Below, in pieces: positions 8,671-16,973 of a stretch of 64,000 nt of DNA. Within the stretch, counting starts at the first letter, position 1; the number at the start of each line of letters is the position of its first letter. The DNA is from Candidatus Omnitrophota bacterium. GTDB taxonomy: Bacteria; Omnitrophota; Gorgyraeia; B26-G9. Below the pieces are notes generated by a model, which made no database searches, had not been told where the DNA came from, and worked only from the letters and a program-made list of their open reading frames with translations. Location: contig JAHITY010000118.1 in the NCBI GenBank assembly GCA_018817165.1, forward strand, positions 6,526-70,525, in the 5' to 3' direction. A program made the translations under genes and the position numbers.

Positions 8671-10135
8671 AACTCATGATATAAAGTTTGACGTAAAGGA
8701 AGTCGGACGGGTAAAGGCTGTGCGCGAGTTTATTGTTTTAGCGGAAGATATGCCTTCCTGTGTTAATGGTCAAATTGTTGAATTTGCCAATAACTTGCGT
8801 GGGATTGTGATGGGATTTACGCAGGATGAGGTGCAGATCCTGATGCTTGGGCCAAAAGCGCAAATCCGCGCTGGCGATAAAGTATATAGTAAAGCAAAAT
8901 CTCTGTATTTGCCTGTAGGAGATGGTTTTGTCGGGAGAGTTGTTAATGCTTTGTGTGAACCAGTTGATGGGCAAGGCGAAATTAAAACTGATGATATGTT
9001 TCCGGTATTCAAAGATGCTCCGGGAATTATGGAGCGTGATACTGTTGAACGGACTTTAGAATCCGGCACCAGGATTATTGACGCGATTATGCCATTGGCA
9101 CTTGGTCAAAGGCAGCTTTTAGTCGGCGATCGGCAAACCGGTAAATCCTCGGTAACAACTGACGCTATCATAAATCAAAAAGGAAAAGATGTTATCTGCA
9201 TCTATTGTGTTATTGGAAAAACTTATTCTGGATTAGTAAAAACAATTGAATTATTTAAAGAACATAAAGTTTTTGAGTACACGATGATTGTCAGCGGGAT
9301 TGCCTCAACTTCTGTTGGCGAACAATATTTAGCGCCGTATACAGCGGCAATGATCGGCGAATATTTTATGCAACAGGGCAAAGACGTTTTAGTTGTTTTT
9401 GATGATTTAACGCGACATGCCTGGATCTATCGTCAGATCTCATTGTTGTTAAAACGCGCTCCTGGCAGAGAAGCTTATCCCGGTGATATTTTTTATACCC
9501 ATTCGCAGCTTATGGAAAGAGCCGGGCAGATGAGCAAGGCTTTGGGTGGAGGATCAATGACTTTTCTGCCGATTGTGGAAACTTTACAAGGTGATGTGGC
9601 TGGTTTTATTCCGACTAATCTTGTTTCAATGACCGATGGACAAATTTATTTTAGTTCGGCTTTATTTAATAAAGGTTTTAGACCGGCAATTGATGTTGGA
9701 CTTTCAGTATCGCGTATTGGAAATAGAGCTCAGTGGCCAGCAGTAAAAGGGCCGAGCCGTAGTTTGCGGATGGAATTTTTACAATATAAAGAGTTAGTGG
9801 CAATGACGCAGTTAAGAACTACAGAATTATCAAAAGAAGCGGAAAAAAAGTTACGGCGAGGAGAAGCAATTACCGAACTATTGATTCAAGATAAAAATAA
9901 ACCGGTATCAATGGAGCATCAGGTAGTGGATATGTACGCGCTTAATCGAGAAGTATTAGATGAATTATCGGTTGAGCAAATTAGAAAATTTAAATTAGAT
10001 TTTTATGAAAAAATTAAAGAATGGTTTCCTAATTTCTCTACAAATCTAAGGGATACTAAAATTATTGTTGATGAAAGCATTGCTAATCTTGAAGAAGCGA
10101 TTTCTTTTTATTTTAATCAGGACCAAGAAAAGTAG
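8642..10135 (+). CDS. atpA: F1 ATP synthase alpha subunit
   Basis: P-loop GDRQTGKSS. Blocks such as PGREAYPGDIFYTHSQLMERAG and LSVSRIG match alpha throughout. Confidence 0.9.
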   Translation: MSHSPEPQNKTHDIKFDVKEVGRVKAVREFIVLAEDMPSCVNGQIVEFANNLRGIVMGFTQDEVQILMLGPKAQIRAGDKVYSKAKSLYLPVGDGFVGRVVNALCEPVDGQGEIKTDDMFPVFKDAPGIMERDTVERTLESGTRIIDAIMPLALGQRQLLVGDRQTGKSSVTTDAIINQKGKDVICIYCVIGKTYSGLVKTIELFKEHKVFEYTMIVSGIASTSVGEQYLAPYTAAMIGEYFMQQGKDVLVVFDDLTRHAWIYRQISLLLKRAPGREAYPGDIFYTHSQLMERAGQMSKALGGGSMTFLPIVETLQGDVAGFIPTNLVSMTDGQIYFSSALFNKGFRPAIDVGLSVSRIGNRAQWPAVKGPSRSLRMEFLQYKELVAMTQLRTTELSKEAEKKLRRGEAITELLIQDKNKPVSMEHQVVDMYALNREVLDELSVEQIRKFKLDFYEKIKEWFPNFSTNLRDTKIIVDESIANLEEAISFYFNQDQEK

Positions 10136-10164
10136 AAGCAATTAGTAATTTGTACAATAACAAA

Positions 10165-10328
10165 GATGTGTTGATACTCGGCAAGGTTTAACGGTAACGA
10201 AGCCCGTATCGGTAATGTTAAACGGTTTAGGCTAAAAACAATAAATTTTAATACGACAGACGTTACCGTAAGCCGAAACGGGCATCGTTACCCTAATCGT
10301 AACCGTTTAAAGTTGTAAATGTAAATCT
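10165..10328 (+). repeat. Family B structured repeat, copy 2, between atpA and atpG
   Basis: About 85% identical to copy 1 over ~155 nt, including the gatgtgttgatactcggcaaggttta head. Confidence 0.8.
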
Positions 10329-10496
10329 GACTTTGTTACAGTATAAATAATTTCTAATGGCAGTTACTAAAAAGAGAAAAGATGTAAAAAATAATAGGCA
10401 AACAAGGACTGTTTTTGCTTTTGAATTTTTTGATCAGGGGTTTTTTAGGTTTTAGAAATTAGGTGTTCTGAGAGAACAGGGAACGGGGGGTTTGCG

Positions 10497-11339
10497 ATGA
10501 TTCCGATAGCACAGTTAAAAGGAGATATGGAATTTTATAAATCCTTGGGTTCCTTGATCGAAGTCTTAAAACTAGTAGCTGCCGCGCAATATCAAACTCT
10601 AGAAAAGAAGATAAAAACCTATGGTTTATATTTAGATGCTTTAAGTAATGTTTTTAGTTGGCTGGATATGCAGCAAGTAAGACATCCTTTTGTGACTAGC
10701 AGTGATAAACCAGGGGCAATTGTCGCGATAACAACTGATGCTGGTTTCTTGGGCGGTTTAAACTCTCTAGTGATGAATAAAGCATTAGAAGAAGCAAAAA
10801 TATCTGATTCTCGGATGGTAATTGTGGGGAAAAGAGGACAATTGTATGTCGAGAAACGGGAAATGGTATACGCGAATTTTCCGGGAGTTGATGATCTGAA
10901 TCGCTTGCAGCAAGCTTTAAAGTTAAGAGACTATTTAATCGAAAATGTTTTGAAAGGTAAATTCGGAAAAGTTGCTATTGTTTTTCCCCGGGCATTATCT
11001 TTTACGTCACAGCGTATCGAGGTTTTGCAAGTTTTTCCTTTTGTCTGTGAAACATCGCAGAAAATGAATAATTTACAGATTTCTGATGTTATTTTAGAAT
11101 CAAAATTTGGGGATATTGTGGAATATATGATTTATTTGTGGTTGGGGCAGAAAATATTTGAAATTTTTGGCATGGCTAGATTATCCGAACAGGCAGCAAG
11201 ATTTATGCATTTAGAAAAATGTACTGATCGGATTCAGGACTTGGATAAAAAGCTGCGATTCCAATATTTTCGGGCTAAACATGAAATTATTGATCAAAAC
11301 ATGAGAGAACTCTTTGCGGCGAGGTTATTAAATGGCTAA
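10497..11339 (+). CDS. atpG: F1 ATP synthase gamma subunit
   Basis: Position between alpha and beta, a length of 280 aa, and a C-terminal helix of the ...RAKHEIIDQNMRELFAARL type. Confidence 0.75.
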   Translation: MIPIAQLKGDMEFYKSLGSLIEVLKLVAAAQYQTLEKKIKTYGLYLDALSNVFSWLDMQQVRHPFVTSSDKPGAIVAITTDAGFLGGLNSLVMNKALEEAKISDSRMVIVGKRGQLYVEKREMVYANFPGVDDLNRLQQALKLRDYLIENVLKGKFGKVAIVFPRALSFTSQRIEVLQVFPFVCETSQKMNNLQISDVILESKFGDIVEYMIYLWLGQKIFEIFGMARLSEQAARFMHLEKCTDRIQDLDKKLRFQYFRAKHEIIDQNMRELFAARLLNG

Positions 11340-12738
11340 TAATACAGCAAAAAAAAATGTAGTAGGAATCGTTGTGGCAGTTCAAGGGCCGGTAGTCGAT
11401 GTTAAGTTTGATAACCAAGCGGATGTTCCCAATGTGTTTGATGTAATTCATACATTTACAATCGATGGCCTGAGAATAACCTTAGAAGTCGCGGAACATT
11501 CTCCCGGCAATATTGCCCGCTGTATTTCAATTAATTCAACTCAAAATTTACAAAGGAATGCCCAAGCTTTTCCCACTGGAGGAGGAATTGAAATTCCGGT
11601 TGGTGATGAGACTTATACACGATTGATGAATGTAATGGGTGAGCCGATTGACCATAAAGGTCCGATTAAAGCCACGGAAACAAGACCAATCCGCTTGGCG
11701 GAAAAAGGAACTTTTGTCAGCTTAAAAAAAGAGAGCAAAACCAAATTTGAAATAATGGAAACCGGGATTAAAATTTTTGATCTGTTGTTTCCTTTGGTAA
11801 CTGGCAGCAAGAATGGGATTCTTGGTGGCGCGGCTATGGGAAAAAGCGTGCTTACTTTGGAAATTATTCAGCATATTGTTAAGAGACATAAAGGTACTTG
11901 TGTTTTTACTGGTGCCGGAGAGCGTGTGCGTGAAGGTAATGAATTATATCATGAACTTGCCCGCCATGATATTTTAGAAAAAATGAAAATTGTATTTGGC
12001 CAAATGAATGAACCTCCGGGAGCTAGATATGAAGTCGCGATGACCGGGATTACTTTGGCGGAAAGTATTCAGCGGCAGAATAAGGATGTACTTTTGTTTA
12101 TTGATAATATTTTTCGATTTCTCCAGGCTGGTCAGGAGATATCGACACTTTTAGGCCGCGTTCCTTCAGAAACCGGATATCAGCCGACCTTGATTTCCGA
12201 GGCTGCGGAATTCCATGAACGAATTAGAACCTCTGAAGGAGGGGGAGGATCAATAACCTCAATTGAAGCTGTATATGTTCCGGCTGATGATTTAACTGAT
12301 CCCGCGGTAGTCGCGATTTTTAGCTTTCTTGATTCAGTTATTGTACTTTCCCGTGAAAAAGTGCAGCTAGGGCTTTATCCGGCGATTGATCCATTGCTTT
12401 CGTCATGCGCTAATCTTGATCCGGATATTGTGGGGAAAAGGCATTATGATGTTTCGCAACAAGTATTGCAGTTGTTTCAGCGGTATGAAGAACTGCGGAA
12501 AATAGTTTTGGTTATTGGGATCGATGAATTATCTGCTCAAGATAGGACAATTTATGAGCGGGCTCGGAAAATGCAGTTTTTTCTTACTCAACCGTTTTCA
12601 GTTGCTGAAGCTTATACCGGAAGACATGGAGAATATGTGGTTTTGGAAGATACATTATCTAGCTGCGAGCGGATAATGAGCGGTGAATTTGACCAAAAAA
12701 GAGAGGACTTGTTTTACATGATTGGGGCGCTACATTAG
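11332..12738 (+). CDS. atpD: F1 ATP synthase beta subunit. It has a divergent Walker A (GGAAMGKS) and a DELSAQD loop.
   Basis: The family signature is present throughout (GERVREGNELYHE, DELSAQDRTIYERARKMQFFLTQPFSVAE). The P-loop reads GGAAMGKS instead of the canonical GGAGVGKT. Confidence 0.9.
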   Translation: MANNTAKKNVVGIVVAVQGPVVDVKFDNQADVPNVFDVIHTFTIDGLRITLEVAEHSPGNIARCISINSTQNLQRNAQAFPTGGGIEIPVGDETYTRLMNVMGEPIDHKGPIKATETRPIRLAEKGTFVSLKKESKTKFEIMETGIKIFDLLFPLVTGSKNGILGGAAMGKSVLTLEIIQHIVKRHKGTCVFTGAGERVREGNELYHELARHDILEKMKIVFGQMNEPPGARYEVAMTGITLAESIQRQNKDVLLFIDNIFRFLQAGQEISTLLGRVPSETGYQPTLISEAAEFHERIRTSEGGGGSITSIEAVYVPADDLTDPAVVAIFSFLDSVIVLSREKVQLGLYPAIDPLLSSCANLDPDIVGKRHYDVSQQVLQLFQRYEELRKIVLVIGIDELSAQDRTIYERARKMQFFLTQPFSVAEAYTGRHGEYVVLEDTLSSCERIMSGEFDQKREDLFYMIGALH

Positions 12739-12799
12739 GGGATAGGGTGTAGGGGATAGGGTGTAGGGTGTAGGGTGTAGGGATTAGAGTTAGGGGTGT
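12738..12799 (+). repeat. G-rich tandem heptad repeat (GGGTGTA/GGGGATA)n, G-quadruplex-capable, starting at the atpD stop codon
   Basis: Eight G3-4 tracts separated by 3-4-nt loops on the sense strand. Confidence 0.8.
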
Positions 12800-12836
12800 A
12801 CATCATATCATATCTTAAAAATCACTTGCCTTTTGA

Positions 12837-12865
12837 TTGACAAAATCACTGATCAATGTAATAAT
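12837..12865 (+). promoter_or_regulatory. Putative sigma70-like promoter upstream of the gspE-PilZ cluster. It has TTGACA, a 17-nt spacer, and an extended -10 TGtAATAAT.
   Basis: TTGACA at 12837-12842, AATAAT at 12860-12865, and TG at 12857-12858. Confidence 0.4.
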
Positions 12866-12974
12866 AAAATATACATATAGGTACATCTAACTGCGTTTAT
12901 TGCTATTAGTTAAGAGTTTAAAATTAGAGCATTAAATTACTTGTTTTTATATTACCGGAGCTTGAAAAGTAATT

Positions 12975-15164
12975 ATGGATAGAAAAATTGATGCGCGGGT
13001 AATCCGTTTGCTTAAAGAAACAAAGAATCTTGATGAGGAAAACCTAAAAAGCTGTTTTATTAAAGCAGAAAACAAACAAAACTCGCCGATTCCGATCATT
13101 GCTGCTAATACCCAAATCTCAGAAGTTGAATTATTGGAAATAATTGCTCAGGATTTCCGCACAGAATATGTTGATTTGCGTAATACCTCCATAGAAAAAT
13201 CCTTGATTAAAAAAGTTCCGGTTAAAATCGCTGCCTATTATAAATTCGCTCCGATGCATCTGGAAAATCGGCTTTTAACAATTGCCCGGGCTTATCCTTT
13301 GGATATCAAAATACTTGATGAGATAAGAACGCACCTTGGGTATAGTATTAATGTTGTATTAAGCACGGAGCAGGATGTTAATGAAATGCTTAAGAAATAC
13401 TATGGTTTGGGAGCTTCAACTGTAGAGAAGATAATTGCCCAAAAAGCATATGAACATGTGACCAGTAAAAAACAAGATGATCTGGTGGATGATCTGGAAG
13501 AAACCGGAGAATCAACCTCGGTAATTCAACTGGTAAATCAGATAATTCTCGAGGCTTTTACTAAACGGGCAACGGATATTCATATTGAGCCTTATCGCAG
13601 TAAATTGCGTTTGCGCTATCGGATTGACGGTATTCTTTATGATGCCAATGTCTCTCCGGAAATTAATAACTTCCTTATTCCGATATTGTCGCGAATTAAA
13701 CTTATGTCTAATCTGAATATTGTGGAAAAACGAGTTCCGCAAGACGGCAGAGCAATTGTTCAAGTTCAAGGGCAGACTCTTGATCTACGGGTTTCGTTTA
13801 TTCCTACGCCTCATGGGGAAAGTGTTGTAATTAGAATATTGCCTACTGTTATGTTATTTGGTTTGGATAAATTAGGTCTAACCTCTATTGAACTTGATTT
13901 TTTCAAGCAATTGATCAGCAAACCGCATGGAATTATTTTTGTTACCGGACCAACGGGTAGCGGAAAAACAACTACGCTGTATACTTGCTTATCCAGTATA
14001 AATACTAGTGAACGGAAAATAATTACAATTGAAGATCCGATTGAGTATGAGCTTGAAGGGATAACTCAAATCCAAATAACTCCGGAAGTTGGTCTGGATT
14101 TTTCTCGTGGATTGAGAAGCATGCTGCGCCATGACCCGGATGTAATGATGGTAGGAGAAGTAAGGGATTTGGAAACAGCGGAAATAGCGATAAGAGTTGC
14201 TTTGACCGGACATCTAGTTTTTTCTACATTGCATACTAATGATGCTGCTAGCGGAATAACTCGTTTAATTGATATAGGCCTTGAGCCTTATTTAGTAGCT
14301 TCCAGTGTGGACGCGTTTATTGCGCAGCGTTTGCTGCGGCTGAATTGTCCGCATTGTAAAGCAGAAGATATTCAGGTAGTCCCAGGATTAAAAGCGCAAA
14401 TATTAAAAGAACTTGGTAAAAATGATGATGAAGAAATTAAAATTTATCGGAGCAAAGGCTGCCAAGCTTGTAATTTTACTGGTTTCTATGGTAGAACCGC
14501 GATACATGAAATATTAGTACTGAATGAGAAATTAAAAGCACTTACAGCAAAAAAAGCATCAAGCGATGAAATTAAAAAATGCGCGGTGGCTGATGGAATG
14601 AAGACATTACGCCAGAGTGGCTGGATCAAAGTCTTGGAAGGTCAAACAACCGCGGATGAAGTCTTAAGAGTTACTCAGGCTGATGTTTTACCGGAAAATA
14701 TGATATCGGTTGAGCAAGCTACATATGATTTTAAAAAAGATGAAAAGCCTTCTAAAATGCTTAAATTGGAGATGCCTGAAAAAATAGAACAAACAATAAA
14801 GTCTCATGATCAGCGTATTCACGAGCGAATAGAAAACAAGTTATATTTGCATTATAAAATGTTTAAAACAAAAACAAAAGATTCCGGAGAGCTGGAATAT
14901 GAGCCGGAGCTTATCGGAGTTACTAAGAATATTAGTGCCGGAGGAGTATTGCTGAATTCTGTGGAATATATTTCAAAAGGGACGATTCTGGATGTTAATA
15001 TGGAAATGCCTAATAATGAGAGAAAAATAGAATGTTTAGCAAGGGTTATTCGCTGTACAGAGGTTGTTCCTGATAAAAATTATGAAATAGCGATTTGTTT
15101 TTTAGATTTAGCAAGTGCCGAAAGAAGCAGACTTAATCGCTATATAAACAGTGTAAGCTCATAG
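12975..15164 (+). CDS. gspE: GspE/PilB-family secretion ATPase with a C-terminal PilZ (c-di-GMP receptor) domain
   Basis: GspII_E N-terminal domains, Walker [11 protein letters not shown], and the tetracysteine motif CPHCK...CQACNFTGFYGR. The last ~130 aa carry RIHER (RxxxR) followed by NISAGG (NxSxGG), typical of PilZ. Confidence 0.85.
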   Translation: MDRKIDARVIRLLKETKNLDEENLKSCFIKAENKQNSPIPIIAANTQISEVELLEIIAQDFRTEYVDLRNTSIEKSLIKKVPVKIAAYYKFAPMHLENRLLTIARAYPLDIKILDEIRTHLGYSINVVLSTEQDVNEMLKKYYGLGASTVEKIIAQKAYEHVTSKKQDDLVDDLEETGESTSVIQLVNQIILEAFTKRATDIHIEPYRSKLRLRYRIDGILYDANVSPEINNFLIPILSRIKLMSNLNIVEKRVPQDGRAIVQVQGQTLDLRVSFIPTPHGESVVIRILPTVMLFGLDKLGLTSIELDFFKQLISKPHGIIFVTGPTGSGKTTTLYTCLSSINTSERKIITIEDPIEYELEGITQIQITPEVGLDFSRGLRSMLRHDPDVMMVGEVRDLETAEIAIRVALTGHLVFSTLHTNDAASGITRLIDIGLEPYLVASSVDAFIAQRLLRLNCPHCKAEDIQVVPGLKAQILKELGKNDDEEIKIYRSKGCQACNFTGFYGRTAIHEILVLNEKLKALTAKKASSDEIKKCAVADGMKTLRQSGWIKVLEGQTTADEVLRVTQADVLPENMISVEQATYDFKKDEKPSKMLKLEMPEKIEQTIKSHDQRIHERIENKLYLHYKMFKTKTKDSGELEYEPELIGVTKNISAGGVLLNSVEYISKGTILDVNMEMPNNERKIECLARVIRCTEVVPDKNYEIAICFLDLASAERSRLNRYINSVSS

Positions 15165-15257
15165 CAGCGATTTTGAACAAAAGAAGATCAGGTTATTGCG
15201 CTGGAAAAACTGGCTTAGCCGACATGCAAGTGAGTGTAATGCATAGGATGGGGCTTT

Positions 15258-15746
15258 ATGGGTGTGTATAAATATCAGGCAACAAAGAATATTTCTGGGG
15301 TTACCATTGAATCAATAATCTATGCTGATACCATTGAAGAAGCTTTTGAGAAAATAGTAGAAATGGGCTATTCACCGGAAAAAATAGAAGAGATTAATGC
15401 TCCTGATCGCAGGGTAAATGAGCGATTAGAAATAGGGTTAAAGTTTGTTTATAGCCGGTTTAAAACCGGACAGGCTAAAGGGAGAACAAGAGAAGCTTTT
15501 ACTCAAAATATTAGTTCAGGGGGAATGCTTTTTCAATCAGAAATATCTTTTGATATCGGAACGATTTTGGATGTTGAATTGTATTTACCGGAAGGGCTAG
15601 ATGATATTAAGTGTTTGTGCCGAGTAATCCGAAGCGATCAAATAAATCAACAGGCAAATCAGTATAATATAGCAGCGTGTTTCTTAGATCTGCCTAATTC
15701 TGAGCGTTCTAGAATAAATGATTATATAACACAGCAGAAAAGATAA
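15258..15746 (+). CDS. Small two-module protein: a GspF/PilC N-terminal-domain look-alike (~48 aa) fused to a canonical PilZ domain
   Basis: The N-terminus MGVYKYQATKNISGVTIESIIYADTIEEAFEKIVEMGYSPEKIEE aligns with the N-terminus of the next gene, MGLFKYKAKKGPNKIIKSVINASSRQEAIDRISEMGYLPIFIEE. The C-terminal half has RRVNER (RRxxxR) followed by NISSGG and is closely paralogous to the PilZ tail of the upstream ATPase (GTILDV, CFLDL..ERSR.N.YI). Confidence 0.6.
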   Translation: MGVYKYQATKNISGVTIESIIYADTIEEAFEKIVEMGYSPEKIEEINAPDRRVNERLEIGLKFVYSRFKTGQAKGRTREAFTQNISSGGMLFQSEISFDIGTILDVELYLPEGLDDIKCLCRVIRSDQINQQANQYNIAACFLDLPNSERSRINDYITQQKR

Positions 15747-15748
15747 AA

Positions 15749-16972
15749 ATGGGATTATTTAAATATAAAGCAAAAAAAGGTCCGAATAAGATTATCAAGT
15801 CAGTTATCAATGCATCATCTCGGCAAGAGGCGATTGACAGAATAAGCGAGATGGGATATCTTCCAATTTTCATCGAAGAGGTGCATGATGCTGGGGGTGC
15901 TATTTTTTCTAATAAAAAATTAAATAAAGTAAAATTAAAATCAAAGCAAGTAACTGTTTTTACCCGTCAATTGGCAATATTGCTGCGTTCAGGAGTCCCG
16001 ATTCTCAAAGGATTATTGATCTTGGCAGACCAAGCATTACATGCTGATTTTAAAGCTATCTTAAATACAATTAATGCTCAGATAAAAGATGGCAATTCAC
16101 TTTCCGCAGCATTATCAGCTTATCCTAAGATCTTTTCCCCGCTTTATGTTGCCTTGGTGCGTGCAGGGGAAGATAGCGGCACATTAGAAGTTTCTTTGCT
16201 GCGGATTGCCGAATACAGACAAAAACAAGAACAAATTTTTACTAATATTAAGACTGCGCTTACCTATCCGCTTTTAATGGCTTTTGTTGGTACAGGGACA
16301 ATTATATTTATGCTGACTTTTGTTATGCCAAGATTATTGGGGATTTTTGCCAGGTTAGGTCAGGAATTGCCGCTGCCGACAAAAATATTGATCAGTATCA
16401 GCAATTTTTTGACTCAAGGCTGGGTGTGGCTGATTATTGCGGGTATTGGTTTAAGCTTAGTATTTTATTTTAAAAATAATACTCCATCAAAAAGACGAAG
16501 GATATTTATTAGTCAGCTAAAACTTAAATTTCCGGTTTTCGGTGATGTTTTTCTGAAAGCAGAGTTAGCTAGATTTAGCCGAACTCTTGAACTTTTGCTG
16601 GACAGCGGGGTCCATGTGCTGGCTGCTTTACAAAGAAGTATTCCGATTGTGGAAAATGAAATAATGCAGGATGAACTAAAAAAAGCTTATAAAGCAATTG
16701 AGCAAGGTGAATCTTTTGGGTCAACGCTAAATCAATCGATTGTTTTCCCTAAATTCATGGTTAATCTCATAAGCGTAGGGGAAGAATCCGGAAATCTTGA
16801 AGAGGCACTTAAAGAATTGGCATTTACTTATGAAGAAGAAACTGATGAAGCAGTAAAAGTCATGACAAATCTTTTGGAGCCGATGATGATATTAATTATG
16901 GGAATTGTTGTTGGTTTTATAATAGTGTCGATGCTTTTGCCCGTATTTCAATTAAATGTAATGGTTAATTAA
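15749..16972 (+). CDS. gspF: GspF/PilC inner-membrane platform protein
   Basis: 407 aa with two T2SSF repeats, TM segments, and the characteristic N-terminal domain. Confidence 0.85.
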   Translation: MGLFKYKAKKGPNKIIKSVINASSRQEAIDRISEMGYLPIFIEEVHDAGGAIFSNKKLNKVKLKSKQVTVFTRQLAILLRSGVPILKGLLILADQALHADFKAILNTINAQIKDGNSLSAALSAYPKIFSPLYVALVRAGEDSGTLEVSLLRIAEYRQKQEQIFTNIKTALTYPLLMAFVGTGTIIFMLTFVMPRLLGIFARLGQELPLPTKILISISNFLTQGWVWLIIAGIGLSLVFYFKNNTPSKRRRIFISQLKLKFPVFGDVFLKAELARFSRTLELLLDSGVHVLAALQRSIPIVENEIMQDELKKAYKAIEQGESFGSTLNQSIVFPKFMVNLISVGEESGNLEEALKELAFTYEEETDEAVKVMTNLLEPMMILIMGIVVGFIIVSMLLPVFQLNVMVN

Positions 16973-16973
16973 A

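Noticed and set aside
7132-12738. Interpreting the F-type cluster as an N-ATPase operon
   Set aside because: N-ATPase operons start with beta-epsilon and carry atpQ/atpR plus an a subunit. Here the order is epsilon-c-b/delta-alpha-gamma-beta, with none of those markers.
15258-16972. Reading 15258..15746 plus 15749..16972 as one frameshifted pilC/gspF
   Set aside because: The downstream gene has its own complete N-terminal domain and a start 2 nt after an in-frame stop. The upstream ORF ends in a full PilZ domain unrelated to GspF. Two separate genes fit better.
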